The position numbers and the translations under genes were made by a program. Source: the human T2T-CHM13v2.0 reference genome, Homo sapiens. Taken from it: a DNA stretch of 64,000 nucleotides. A model generated the notes under the pieces. That model was not told where the DNA came from. It saw nothing but the letters and a program-made list of their open reading frames with translations, and did no database searches. Below, one piece after another: positions 15,584 through 26,605 of the stretch (position 1 is its first letter; the number at the start of each line of letters is the position of its first letter). The DNA is taken from the NCBI RefSeq assembly GCF_009914755.1, contig NC_060940.1; one strand, 5' to 3'.

Positions 15584-17284
15584 CTAAAAGGAGACAACAT
15601 AAGCATACCAATATTAATAATGCCAGTAACAACAATGATCCTCTGACGGGTTTGAGCCATTTGAAGGGATTAAAATCAGGTAATTGTTTAGTTATGCCTT
15701 CAAAAATGTGTGAGCCAGGAACTGTGGATAAATGGGCTTGTGAAGCCTCAAAGATTTGCTCTTTAAGTTGTGAAATATCCAAGGTTAAGTTATCATCCCA
15801 GGCTTTTAAATGTCTTGAGACATTTTCCCAGCTATGTTGATCTTGATTATAAGCATAAGGCGTTATGCAATAATCAGAAGTATTCCAATCACACTGTAAT
15901 TGCATACGGTGTTGCAAGTTCATAACTCTATCTCCCAGCCAGGTTACACTTTGGCGGAGATCATTAATCTGATTAGCTAATTTTTGATCAATTTGCGCCT
16001 GAGAATTCCAAAGTCTGGAGGAATTTTTCTGGCATGCTTCAACATAGTGAGCAGTTTGAACAGAATTGCGGATGGCAACTCCAGCAGTTGCTGCTGTTGC
16101 AGTAACCGCAAGTAGTCCTGCAAGGACTGCAATAAGAGTAAAAATAAATCTCTTTGTTCTTTTGAGGATGTCTTTAAGAACTTCATTGACTATGTGAATA
16201 GAGGGGAAGACTCCCATGGACGATGTAAAGAAACTGGTATCCATACCCCCTCCCTAGCCCTTACCAAGAGAATACTTGTAGTGGGATTAAAAGTTGCATC
16301 AATGCAAGTGAACAGCTTACAGTTATGACATTCTATAGTTTGTGCATCAGGCATAATAATTATATTTCCAACCAACAGCATGTAAGGGGGTTTGACACAG
16401 CTCCTAATGGGTATCACCCATTCAGAAATAAGGGTGATGTTGAATGTGGGTGTTTTGGTTTTAGTACGAAGGAGCTGATAGGTAGTGTTCCATATCTTTA
16501 TTCCCGACAAAGCTGCAGCTAATTTCCATAGTTCAGGATGTTCTGGGGTAAAAAAGGGATGAATAATTTTTGGTCTAGGAGGAGCAATACCTGTGTCCAT
16601 CCATTTAAATGGGTAAGGAGACACCCGTTGTCTCATCGTGTAAGACTGCCACCCATGCTCTATATAATCTAAGGAATAAATAAACTCCGAGCATAAGGTA
16701 TTTTTGCTGGAGCAATCTTGCCAATAATGTCCTTTTGGAGCCCAATCAATAACAATACCCATGGCTAGAGTTTGGAGTACAACAGCCTTGGGAGCATTAC
16801 AATTATCCCATAAAATTGAAGTCACTATAAAAGGCCCATTTGTAGGTTTCTTTGGACAGTCCGGCAGTCCTTTTGTTTTATTAGTTTTGGTAGTGAGAGG
16901 AACTCTCCATGCCTCATGTGGGGTACGTTTGACAGTGAGAAGTTGAAAAGAGTTAGTACTGAACACATTATATACTTGATAAGAATCATTTGTAAAGGAC
17001 GGTACAGTCCACATCCAATTCTGTTAAGAATAAGCTAAACAACCAGGCGACTTCCCAATACATAATGGTGGATATTTATAGCCAATTGACAGATTAAAGT
17101 GCATACCTTCTTCTTCCGGTTGAGCTGAAAACCGATCATCATTAGGGATCGGCATGAATGCACTATTATTAGTGTAAACTTCTACTGGAGAGTCCCTCCA
17201 GGAGACAGACCGAATTAGAAGGGGAAAAGGAACATATGCCCAATAAGTATAATTTTGAGTTGCCCCGACCGGTGGTATACTTAC

Positions 17285-17545
17285 CGCTGCACTGACTACC
17301 ATAAAGGCAGCCAGAATTATATTACCAGTCATTTTTGGGATTCCTTTTTCTGTTAAGAATTTTTCTGTTTGATGAGATAAAATCTGTATTCGACCCCAAG
17401 TAGGTGGGGTTGAACGAGAGGTGTTGTAGGTCACACGGCGAGATTTTGTCTCAATGTGGATGTCATGAAGTGTATGTATCAGGCGGTGAAAGTTGCTCTT
17501 TTGTTTCCGATGGGTCTTTGCCTTTTCTTTCTGGGAGCGTTTCAT
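17285..17545 (-). CDS. Putative Rec-like protein, coding exon 1 (87 aa, shared with the Env signal peptide)
   Basis: ATG 17545; K/R-rich N-terminus; PPTW at aa 47-50; [12 protein letters not shown] then GCG|GTAAGT donor at 17284, the same position as in HML-2 rec. Confidence 0.6.
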
Positions 17546-20085
17546 CTTTGGAGTTATGGTGCAATTTTAATTGTCGGGAGGGGACCCACACAGGCTGTAG
17601 TCCTTTTCCTGGGGAAACACAAACAAAACCCCTACCCCAAGTTATGACCGTGCCTAATTCCCATGTGTTAGTTTTTACGTCCTTCCACCATACCCGCATT
17701 CCTTTTTGTGGATCAAATTTATTTCCAGTGAAATGTTGTTCTGCGGCTGTGAAAGGTTGATTTCTTGTTAAGTTTAAGAAATTTAGTGTGAAAAGAGCCA
17801 GATTTAATTGGGCATGAGGAGTAATAGCATCTCCCTTTGATTTAGTATCCTGTTTACGAAGTTGATCTTTGAGTGTTTTATTGGCTCGTTCAACCAAGGC
17901 CTGTTCTCCAGAGTTATAGGGAATGCCTGTTGTGTGAGTAATTGCCCATGTCTGAGGAAACTTTTTAAAAGCAGCACTAGTGTAGGCGGGGCCGTTATCA
18001 GTTTTTAGTTTCTCAGGACAGCCCATAACCGAGAAACAGGAAGGCACATGTCGTTTACCATGAGCTGTACTTTCGCCCGTTTCACAAGTGGCCCAAATAA
18101 AATGAGAAAAGGTATCAATAGTTACATGTATAAAAGAAAGCTTGCCAAAAGGAGGATAATGAGTCACATCCATTTGCCAAAGAGCATTCTGTGAAAGTCC
18201 TCTAGGGTTAACTCCTGAAGACAGTGGTGGTAAAATTAACACTTGACAAGTAGGACAGTGACGCACAGTAGTTTTAGCTTGCTTCCATGTAAGGGGGAAC
18301 TTGTTTCGGAGTCCCGCAGCATTGACGTGAGTTAAAGCATGAAAATTTTCTGCATCTGTAAAAACGGGAGTAACTAATGTATCAGCTCTGGCATTTGCTG
18401 CCGAGAGGGGTCCGGGGAGGGGTGTGTGGGCCCGAATGTGAGTACTGTAGAAAGGAGAAGACCTTGCTCTGAGCACAGACTGAAACTTTTGAAAAAGAAG
18501 GAATAGGTTATCATCAGGCAGAAATTTGATTAAGGCAGTTTCAATGTTGCGAGCAACATGTACGACATACGCTGAGTCAGAGACAATGTTAACTGGCTCA
18601 GGAAAATCTTCAAGGACAGCCATAACAGCAGGCAGTTCAGCTCGTTGTGCTGAAATAGCCCCTGTGTTAAGAACACGTTCTCTGGGTCCTGTATATGCTG
18701 CTCGGCCATTAGAGGAAGCATCAGTGAAAACAGTGACAGCTTCAGGTAATGGGGTGTTTCTAGTAATGTTAGGTAAAATCCAAGACGTGAGTTTAAGGAA
18801 CTGAAATAATTTTACATGAGGATAGTGATTATCAATTATACCTGGGAAACGTGCCAAATGCACTTGCCAAGCAATGCAAGTAGCAAAGCCTGTTGAACTT
18901 GTAATCGGGTAAGGGGAACAACGATTTTTTGAGGCTCTGTTCCTGAAAGACGAAGGAGACGAGAACGAGCCTGACCAATTAAGGTAGAAATTTGATCTAG
19001 ATAAATAGTTAGTGTACGTAAAGAGCTGTGTGGGAGAAAACACAATTCAATTAAATTATGTCCCTGAATAATGAGTCCTGTTGGTGAATGTTCAGTGGGA
19101 AAAATTAGTACTTCAAAAGGTAAATGTGGATTTACTCTGGTAACCTGAGACTGTTGAATGCATTTTTTTATAAGTCGTAATTTAGAATCCGCCTCAGGAG
19201 TCAAAGACCTTTTACTGCGTAAATCAGGATTGCCCCGTAATATTGCAAAAAGATTAGACACAGCATAAGTAGGAATGCGTAGGGAGGGACGAATACAATT
19301 AATATCTCCAAATAATTTTTGGAAATCATTTAGAGTTTTTAAAGAGTCTCGTCTGAGTTGAACTTTTTGAGGCTTAATGACCTTATCCTCTAGCTGCATC
19401 TCTAAATAGTGATAAGGAGATGAAGTGTGAATTTTTTCTGGGGCGATAACCAAGCCAGCTGCTGTGACCACTTGCTGTAATGCAGAAAAACAAGACATTA
19501 ATACAGAGCGTGAAGGTGCTGCACAAAGAATATCATCTGTGTAATGAATAATATAACATTGGGGAAATTTATCTCTAACTGGCTTTAATATGCATCCCAC
19601 ATAATATTGACAAATAGTGGGGCTATTGAGCAGACCTTGAGGTAGGACTTTCCAATGGTAACGTGCTGCAGGAGCAACGTTGTTAAGGGCTGGAACAGTG
19701 AAAGCAAATTTTTCAAAGTCCTGAGGGGCCAGAGGAATGGTAAAAAAGCAATCTTTAAGGTCAATGATGATAAGTGGCCAATACTCAGTAATCATACTGG
19801 GGGAGGGCAAACTGGGTTGTAATGTCCCCATAGGCTGAAGGACAGCATTTACTGCCCTAAGATCAGTAAGCATTCTCCACTTACCAGATTTCTTTTGAAT
19901 AACAAAAACAGGTGAATTCCAAGGAGAAAAAGAAGGTTCAATGTGTCCCAATTTTAACTGTTCAAGAACCAAAATATGAAGTGCCTCCAGCTTATTTTTT
20001 GGGAGCAGCCACTCATCTACCTAGACAGGTTTTTAAGTTCTCCAGGTCAAAGGGATGGGTTCTGGAGGCTTGATAGTGACCGCTT
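17463..20085 (-). pseudogene. HML-4 pol (RT, RNase H, integrase), disrupted
   Basis: [32 protein letters not shown] (YMDD variant), [28 protein letters not shown]; two N-terminal stops (~20020-20040) and a frameshift at ~18890. Confidence 0.95.
17608..17630 (-). promoter_or_regulatory. env/rec splice acceptor ttttgtttgtgtttccccag|G (exon starts at 17608)
   Basis: Pyrimidine tract plus CAG in the integrase FVCVSPG region, the position of the HML-2 env acceptor. Confidence 0.75.
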
Positions 20086-21117
20086 CTAAAAAGAATAACC
20101 AAGTCCTGTAGAGTCTGCTTTAGGAGTAGGTATGATATGCTCAGTGATGCCTTGTGCTGATTTTTCTAAACCCAGACCTTGAACAAATCCCATTTTGGTC
20201 ATCATATCTTTACTCTGCTGGCTGTAACTGCCTTTAGGAAAAGTAATCTGAGCCCCCCATTGATATAAAAGATCTCTTCCCCACAAATTAACAGGAATGG
20301 GTGTAATGAGGGGGCGAATAGTTCCAATCTGTCCTTCAGGCCTGTACAATGTAAAATTGTGGAACTTTCATATACCTGTGAAGCCTGACCAACACCCACG
20401 AATGCTGTGGAGGCATGCTCCTTTGGCCAGTGTCGGGGCCATCGATGTAAAGCGATAATGGACACACCAGCGCCCGTGTCAATCATTCCCTCAAACTTTT
20501 TTCCCTGAATATGCACGGAGCACACAGGACGAGTGTCAGAAATTTTGCTGGCCCAGTAGGCTGCTTTACCTTGATAATCTGTGCTACCAAAACCTCCCTT
20601 TCTTGTACTAGAACTAGATCCCAAAGGAATGTAAGGAAGTATCAAGAGTTGAGCAATGCGGTCCCCAGCTGCTGCATTCCAAGGGACTGCAGAGCTAATG
20701 ATAATATGAATTTTACCTGAATAGTCAGAATCAATTACACCAGCATGTACTTGAACACCTTTTAAATTTAAACTTGAACGTCCCAGTAGCAACCCGACAC
20801 TGCCAGTCGGCAAGGGACCAAAAACACCTGTAGGAAGAGCAATACGTGGCTCTCCAGGCAACAAAAGAAATATTTCTGGTACAACAGAGATCTACTGCTG
20901 CTGAGCCTGTGGTGACGGGGGACAAGCATTGTACTGAGATTGGTGTTGGGGCTGAGGCATTAGATCCTGTGGCACAAATTGCTGAAGTGGGAATTGGGGT
21001 GGAGGTTGAATGGATTAAACTGGGAAGGCTCCTGTCTGGCTGGACGCCAGGGGCTGAGAGTTGAGGAATGCCCCATTGTTTAGAGGGGGCTGGGGCCGGC
21101 CCCTCATCCCGTTTCCC
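20086..21117 (-). pseudogene. HML-4 pro (dUTPase, protease, G-patch), frameshifted
   Basis: GSAAVDL, GRSSLNLKG, GVIDSDYSG, RKGGFGST, IDTGAG, MMTKMGFVQGLGL; slippery GGGAAAC at 21117-21111 and CTTTTTA at 20093-20087. Confidence 0.92.
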
Positions 21118-23582
21118 TGATTTTTAAAAGGCCGTACAGGATTGCCATCAATATCAAATCTGGAATGGCATTGAGATGCCCAGTGAAGACCCTTTTGGCT
21201 TCGTGGGCATACAGCAGAAGGTGGGGCGTCTTGTTGCTGAAAAGTTTCTTTTTGTTGTTGGTGGTGATGTAAAGGACGGCCACCTGCACGCCGAGGGCAA
21301 TTTCTTTCTGCATGTCCCTTCTGGCCGCATATGAAGCATTGGCCAGAGAATTGTCCAGGCATTCGAATAGAGGCCATAGCTTGTGCCATAATCATTGCTG
21401 TATGGAGAGTTCCTCCCACCCCTTCACAGGCTTTAATGTAGGAGGTGAGTATATCACCACCCGGTGGAATTTTACCTTTGGCGGGGCAAATAGCCGCCTG
21501 ACCATCTGGATTTGCTTGTTCATAAGCCATAAGTTCTACAACAAGTCTTTGGCCGTGGCTATCAGGAATAGCCTTTTCTGCTGCGTCTTGAAGATGAGTA
21601 ATAAAGTCTGGGTAGGGCTCATGTTGTCCCTGTCTGACGGCTGTGAAAGATGGGCATACTTTACCATCATCTTGAATTTTGTCCCAAGCATCTAAGCAAC
21701 CATTTTCGCAGTTGTTCAATAACCTCATCATTTAGTATAGTTTGGTGTCGGATTGTGGCCCATTGACCCATTCCCAGTAACTGGTCAGCCATAACGTTAA
21801 CAGGAGGATTAGTGCCCTAAGACAAATGCGTTCCTGGACAGCATCAACCCACCAAGTCCTGAATTGTAAATATTGGGATTTAGATAAGACTTGATTTTGC
21901 CAAAATTTCCCAATCATAGGGTACCAAACGTTTATCTTCTCCTAAGGCTTTTAATGTGGAACGGACAAAAGGAGAGTTGGTGCCATATTGTTTCAATGAT
22001 TCTTTAAAATCTTTGAGGAATTTAAAAGAAAAACTTTCCCATGTAGCAGGGCGTAGCTGAACCTGGCCTGGATGGATGGGGTCAGGCTGAATTACCACCT
22101 GAACAGCGGGAATGCCAGGTATTGGCTGTGCCCCAGGAGCAGGCAACTGCGGAGGCTGATTATTTACCTGAGCAGCCTGAGTTTCGGGCTGAGGGGCTTG
22201 ATTATCAGCCTCTTGATCTTGTTGAGCTGCGGGGTCAGCCGCCTGCTGGGCAGGATCAACAACAGGCTGTGGGTGGTTTTGTACTGCTGGGGTGGCAGGT
22301 ACTGGAGGTTGTAAAATTACAGGAAATTGCCAAGCTTCAGGATCCCCATATTCCCTTGCTTGAACTATAGCCCTCATAAGCGGAGTGTCATCTTCAGGGA
22401 TGTATGTAATTTGTTGCTTACGAGCGGCAATGGTAGTATTGGCAACAGCAGTTGCGACCGGACCAGGAGCAGAAAAAGAGGTAGAATTTTGAATAGAAGG
22501 AGAGTCAAAAAACTGAAAGCCAGGGTGACAGCAGATTACCTGCTGAGCAGGTCTTTCATGGGCCTGAAAACCAGGCTGCCACGGCAAGTGTGAACCAGGC
22601 TTCAAGGGAGTCTGTGACTCTGAGTCCGATTTGCAGGAAAGGAACCAGGCTTCAAGGGAGCCTGTGACTCTACCCAAGTCTGATTTATAGGAAAGGGACC
22701 AGGCTTCAAGGGAGCCTGTGACTCTGAGTCCGATTTGCAGGAAAGGAACCAGGCTTCAAGGGAGACTGTGACTCTACTCGAGTCTGATTTATAGGAAAGG
22801 GCTTCAAGGGAGTCTGTGACTCTAACTGAGTCCGATTAGGAGAAATAGGATTGAGGGCCTCATTACCGGGCCGAGAATTGGAAGCCTCTTTTCTGAGCTG
22901 TTCATATAGCGGAGCCTCTGTACCGGGCTGCATAGAAACATAATTTATAGACTCGTTTACAGGCTGCCTGGTCTCATCTGCTATTTGCACAGCGGCAGCG
23001 TTGAAACAGTGAGGAGAGACAGGAGGGTCTGGCTGCAATGGCTGTTGATATGTTTCAGCTGAGTTTTGCTGATTGGGGGAGATTAGTATATTTAGGTCAG
23101 TTAAAAGATCATCATAAAGCGGCAATGGGGGTGCAGTAGCCTCTGGTGTAGGTGGAAGTGGTGCAGGCATGTCAGAGTGGAAGTCCTCCTTTGAAATTAC
23201 GTTCTCAATTTGTGTAGTATCCTCAGGGGAAAGAGAGCTGAGCGCTTCCTCGACCTCCCTCAGAGGAGAGGAAAGAGGGATCAGTCTCCATATTGTCCTC
23301 CTGAGTCTGTAAGGAGTCTAAGACAGAGTGAACCGAAGCCCAGATTGACCAAATGGTGGGTGGGATAAAATGTCCCCCTTTATGAGCAATTTTGAATTGT
23401 TTGCCAATCTCAACCCAATCTTTAAGTTCTAGAGTTCCCTCAGTCGGAAACCAAGGGCAAAGAAGATCTACAACCTCAAATAGTTCAATTAACTTTTCAG
23501 TAGAAACTTTAACACCTCCTTCTTTAAGAAGAGTTTTTATAAAATTTAAATAAGCCAAATACTTTGTACTGGCCTGTCCCAT
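21015..23582 (-). pseudogene. HML-4 gag, multiply frameshifted
   Basis: MGQASTKY myristoylation start, CPWFPTEGTL, capsid MHR VRQGQHEPYPDFI, zinc knuckle CFICGQKGHAERNC, and a degenerate second knuckle. Confidence 0.93.
22593..22840. repeat. Gag-internal tandem repeat (50/54/50/54 bp units plus a partial unit)
   Basis: Repeated aaccaggcttcaagggagtctgtgactct...aggaaagg. Confidence 0.95.
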
Positions 23583-23609
23583 GGTGTCCCCAGAAAACTG
23601 AGTGCTCAA

Positions 23610-23619
23610 GCTTACCACC
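23610..23619 (-). promoter_or_regulatory. Major viral splice donor GGTG|GTAAGC (exon ends at 23616)
   Basis: Consensus donor just upstream of the gag ATG, as in HERV-K. Confidence 0.75.
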
Positions 23620-23708
23620 AAGTTTATAGACTGCAATCCTCAGGAATCTCTCGTTGAACTCCTCCGCTGATCCCGCACTCAGGGTGCAACTTCACACAGC
23701 GAGGGAGA

Positions 23709-23727
23709 GCCCCACGTCAGAGCGCCA
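23709..23727 (-). other. Degenerate tRNA-Lys primer binding site TGGCGCTCTGACGTGGGGC
   Basis: 2 nt after the 5' LTR; resembles Lys1,2 PBS TGGCGCCCAACGTGGGGC. Confidence 0.8.
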
Positions 23728-23729
23728 GA

Positions 23730-24742
23730 TGTAGGGACCAGCCCCACAGGGTCGGTGGGTCTCTCCCTGTGTGTGGCGATGAGAGAGTGTAGAAATAAAG
23801 ACACAAGACAAAGAGATAAGAGAAAAGGCAGCTGGGCCCGGGGGACCACTACCACCAATGCGCGGAGACCGGTAGTGGCCCCGAATGTCTGACTGCGCTG
23901 TTATTTATCGGATACAAGACAGAAGGGGCAGGGTAAAGAATGTGAGTCACCTCCAATGATAGGTAAGGTCACGTGGGTCACGTGTCCACTGGACAGGGGG
24001 CCCTTCCCTGCCTGGCAGCCGAGGCAGAGAGGGAGAGGAGACAGAGAGAAAGACAGCTTATACCATTATTTCTGCATATCAGGGACTATTAGTATTTTCA
24101 CTAATTTACTACTGCTATCTAGAAGGCAGAGCCAGGTGTACAGGATGGAACATGAAGGCAGACAAGGAGTGTGACCACTGAAGCACAGCATCACAGGGAG
24201 ACAGTTAGGCCTCCGGATAACTACGGGCAAGCCTGACTGATGTCAGGCCCTCCACAAGAGGTGGAGGAGCAGAGTCTTTTCTAAACTCCCCCGGGGAAAG
24301 GGAGACCCCCCCCCCGCCCCTTTCCCGGTCTGCTAAGTAGTGAGTGTTGTTCCTTGACACCTTTTGCTACCACTGGGCCACGATCCGCCGGGTAACGGGC
24401 GTCTTCCCAGACGCTGGCGTCACCGCTAGACCAAGGAGCCCTCTTGTGGCCCTGTCCGGGCATAACAGAAGCCTCGCACTCTTGTCTTCTGGTCACACCT
24501 CACTATGTCCCCTCAGCTCCTCTGTATGGCCTGGTTTTTCCTAGGCTATGATTATAGAGCGAGGATTATCATAATATTGGAATAAAAAGTAATTGCTGCA
24601 AACTCATGATTAATGATATTCATATATAATCATATCTAAGATCTATATCTGGTATAACTATTCTTGTTTTATATTTTATTATACTGGAACAGCTCGTGTC
24701 CTCTGTCTCTTGCCTCGGTGCCTGGGTGGCTTGCCGCCCACA
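23730..24742 (-). mobile_element. 5' LTR (LTR13-type)
   Basis: 1013 bp, followed by the PBS; contains AP-1 TGAGTCA (23943-23949) and two CACGTG (23970, 23979). Confidence 0.95.
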
Positions 24743-26050
24743 CCCTCTTACTACTGGGAGCTCACCTTGCCAGCTCTAGACTCAGCTTGGACTGGCTGTC
24801 AGGGCAACGTTGTGTACAGGAATACATCACACTATGCACCAGACCAGCCACATAAGGAGGAACTCCCCAAAAGGAGAGAGAAAATCGAAAGCCACTTCTC
24901 TCCATGCTCCCTGCTTCTCCCCTCACCTTCCCCTAAGGATGCAGCCACCTTTGCAAAAGACAGAACCACCCTAGGGAGGGCAGGAGGCCACTCTGCCTAG
25001 TCCCCCAATTCTACCTTCAGCAAAATCATTATGTTTCTTTGTTCCAAAGGGAGGATTCCAAGCCTCACCCATTCAGAGTATCGGCCCTCAAACAAGGCCG
25101 AATCACAGCCTCTTCCCAAACAGCTGCTTTCTGACAGCAGGAGGCTGAAACAGGCCCCGGGGTCACAGAGTTCAGCCATCTGCCAAAGAAATATGTACAG
25201 TTCTTCCATATGAAGACACCCCTCCTACCTCCAGCACGGCATGGTCAAGACATTCAGGCCCAATCCCCGGGAAGACATCCTGGGCAGTGGCACTGAAGAT
25301 TTCCTTACAGAGTGCTGGGCTGAGCTGCCCGGCAGACCCTCCCTCGGGGGCTCCGAACGTGAGGGGCAGGGTGACACTGGAGTCTCTACCACTTATGAGG
25401 CAGGTACCTAACGCCTCTGCAGCTCAGCTTCTGCACCTGTAAAATGGGAACAACACGTACCTCGCAATGAGGTGTGAAAGTACCTAGGGAAGCGCCTGTC
25501 TTGAGTAGTCAGATCAAGAAATGGTACTCACTGCCTCTGGCCCACTTACCATCAGACTGGGCCAGGCCACTGTCTGCCTTCACGCTCGCACTGCTCCCCC
25601 TGTTGGCTGTCCACGCGGGCACACAAGGGAAAGTTCACTGGGAAGGGGGCTTCTCACACAGGGCCTACAGGGCCACCCTAAAGTCCAGATGCAAACCCAC
25701 TTGAACCCTGAAGATCTATCCATCCTCAGGTGAAAATCCAGTATCAGGGCTGCCTCTACCATTACAGACAGGAAACACGGCATGTTCTCACATACGTACA
25801 CATGGGGGAATCCAGCTGACAGAGATGCAAAACGCTTGTTCGTGACACTTCCTCATGTGGAAATCCATCTTGCATTCTATCATTCTTGCTCACTGGATTC
25901 CAGTGTTTTTGTGCAAAAAAGCCATCTCATGCGAAGAAAACTGCAGATATGAAATGTCCATCATGTGGAACTGCCAAGGCCATGAGAAAATTTGCTGTTT
26001 CCTCTTCCCGTGGATGACACCAAATACACACCTTGCATTGGAACAGCGTT

Positions 26051-26130
26051 ACTGGGTGCGAGTTAACCTCACAAACTTCGCCATGACTGTCACTGGGTGC
26101 AGGTTAACCCCACAAACTTTGACATGACTC
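26051..26130. repeat. Imperfect 41-bp tandem duplication
   Basis: actgggtgc..gttaacc.cacaaactt.g.catgact occurs twice. Confidence 0.8.
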
Positions 26131-26407
26131 TCGGCCCCAGCCTCCACTGAGCCTCGCCAAGCCGCCTAATTCATGGTTTTGCGTGTTAGCCAGGGCACTC
26201 TGGGGTACAGCCACACATGTCGAAATAGCGAAAGGCATCCCTTTCAGCCCTCCAACTTTTTCTCAACAGAACCTTCTTCCTTAACACTTCGGATTATTAC
26301 GCATCTCTACAAACTCCACGAGTGAGCTGCAGAAGGTTCAAGAGCCTCCTGATGTAGTTACAAAATTCAGTGTCACTCTGCATTTTTCTCAAAAGAGGGC
26401 CCATACC

Positions 26408-26605
26408 TTCCCCGGTCTCTACTAAAAACACAAAAATTAGCCGGGCATGGTGGCACACGCCTGTAATCCCAGCTACTCGGGTGGTTGAGGAAGGAGAATC
26501 GCTTGAACCCGGGAGGTGGAGGTTCCCGGGTCAAGATCGCGTCACTGCACTCCAGCCTGCGCGACGGCAGCGAGACTCCATCAAAATAAAATAAATAAAT
26601 AAACA
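26408..26605 (+). mobile_element. 5'-truncated Alu
   Basis: Linker plus right arm and (AAAT)n tail. Confidence 0.88.

Larger units (their letters stand above)
15426..17545 (-). pseudogene. HML-4 env with one in-frame stop (17024-17026) and one -1 frameshift (~16203); TM subunit intact
   Basis: NYTYWAYVPFP, PEEEG, HPELWKL, furin [12 protein letters not shown] fusion peptide, [26 protein letters not shown] loop and Leu-rich membrane span; ORFs starting at 17545 and 17014 share a frame. Confidence 0.93.
14468..24742 (-). mobile_element. ERVK13-1: Full-length HERV-K(HML-4)/HERVK13 provirus (ERVK13-1 locus)
   Basis: Two ~1 kb LTRs with TG..CA ends; 6-bp TSD CCCTCT (14462-14467 and 24743-24748); Lys-type PBS; PPT; betaretroviral gag-dUTPase/pro-pol-env order. 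Confidence 0.95.

Noticed and set aside
22593-22840. CRISPR-like repeat array
   Set aside because: Contiguous tandem units without unique spacers, inside retroviral gag in a eukaryotic genome.
21015-23582. Replication-competent virus or intact Gag
   Set aside because: Multiple frameshifts and stops in gag, pro and pol, a YTDD motif, and a degenerate PBS and second zinc knuckle.
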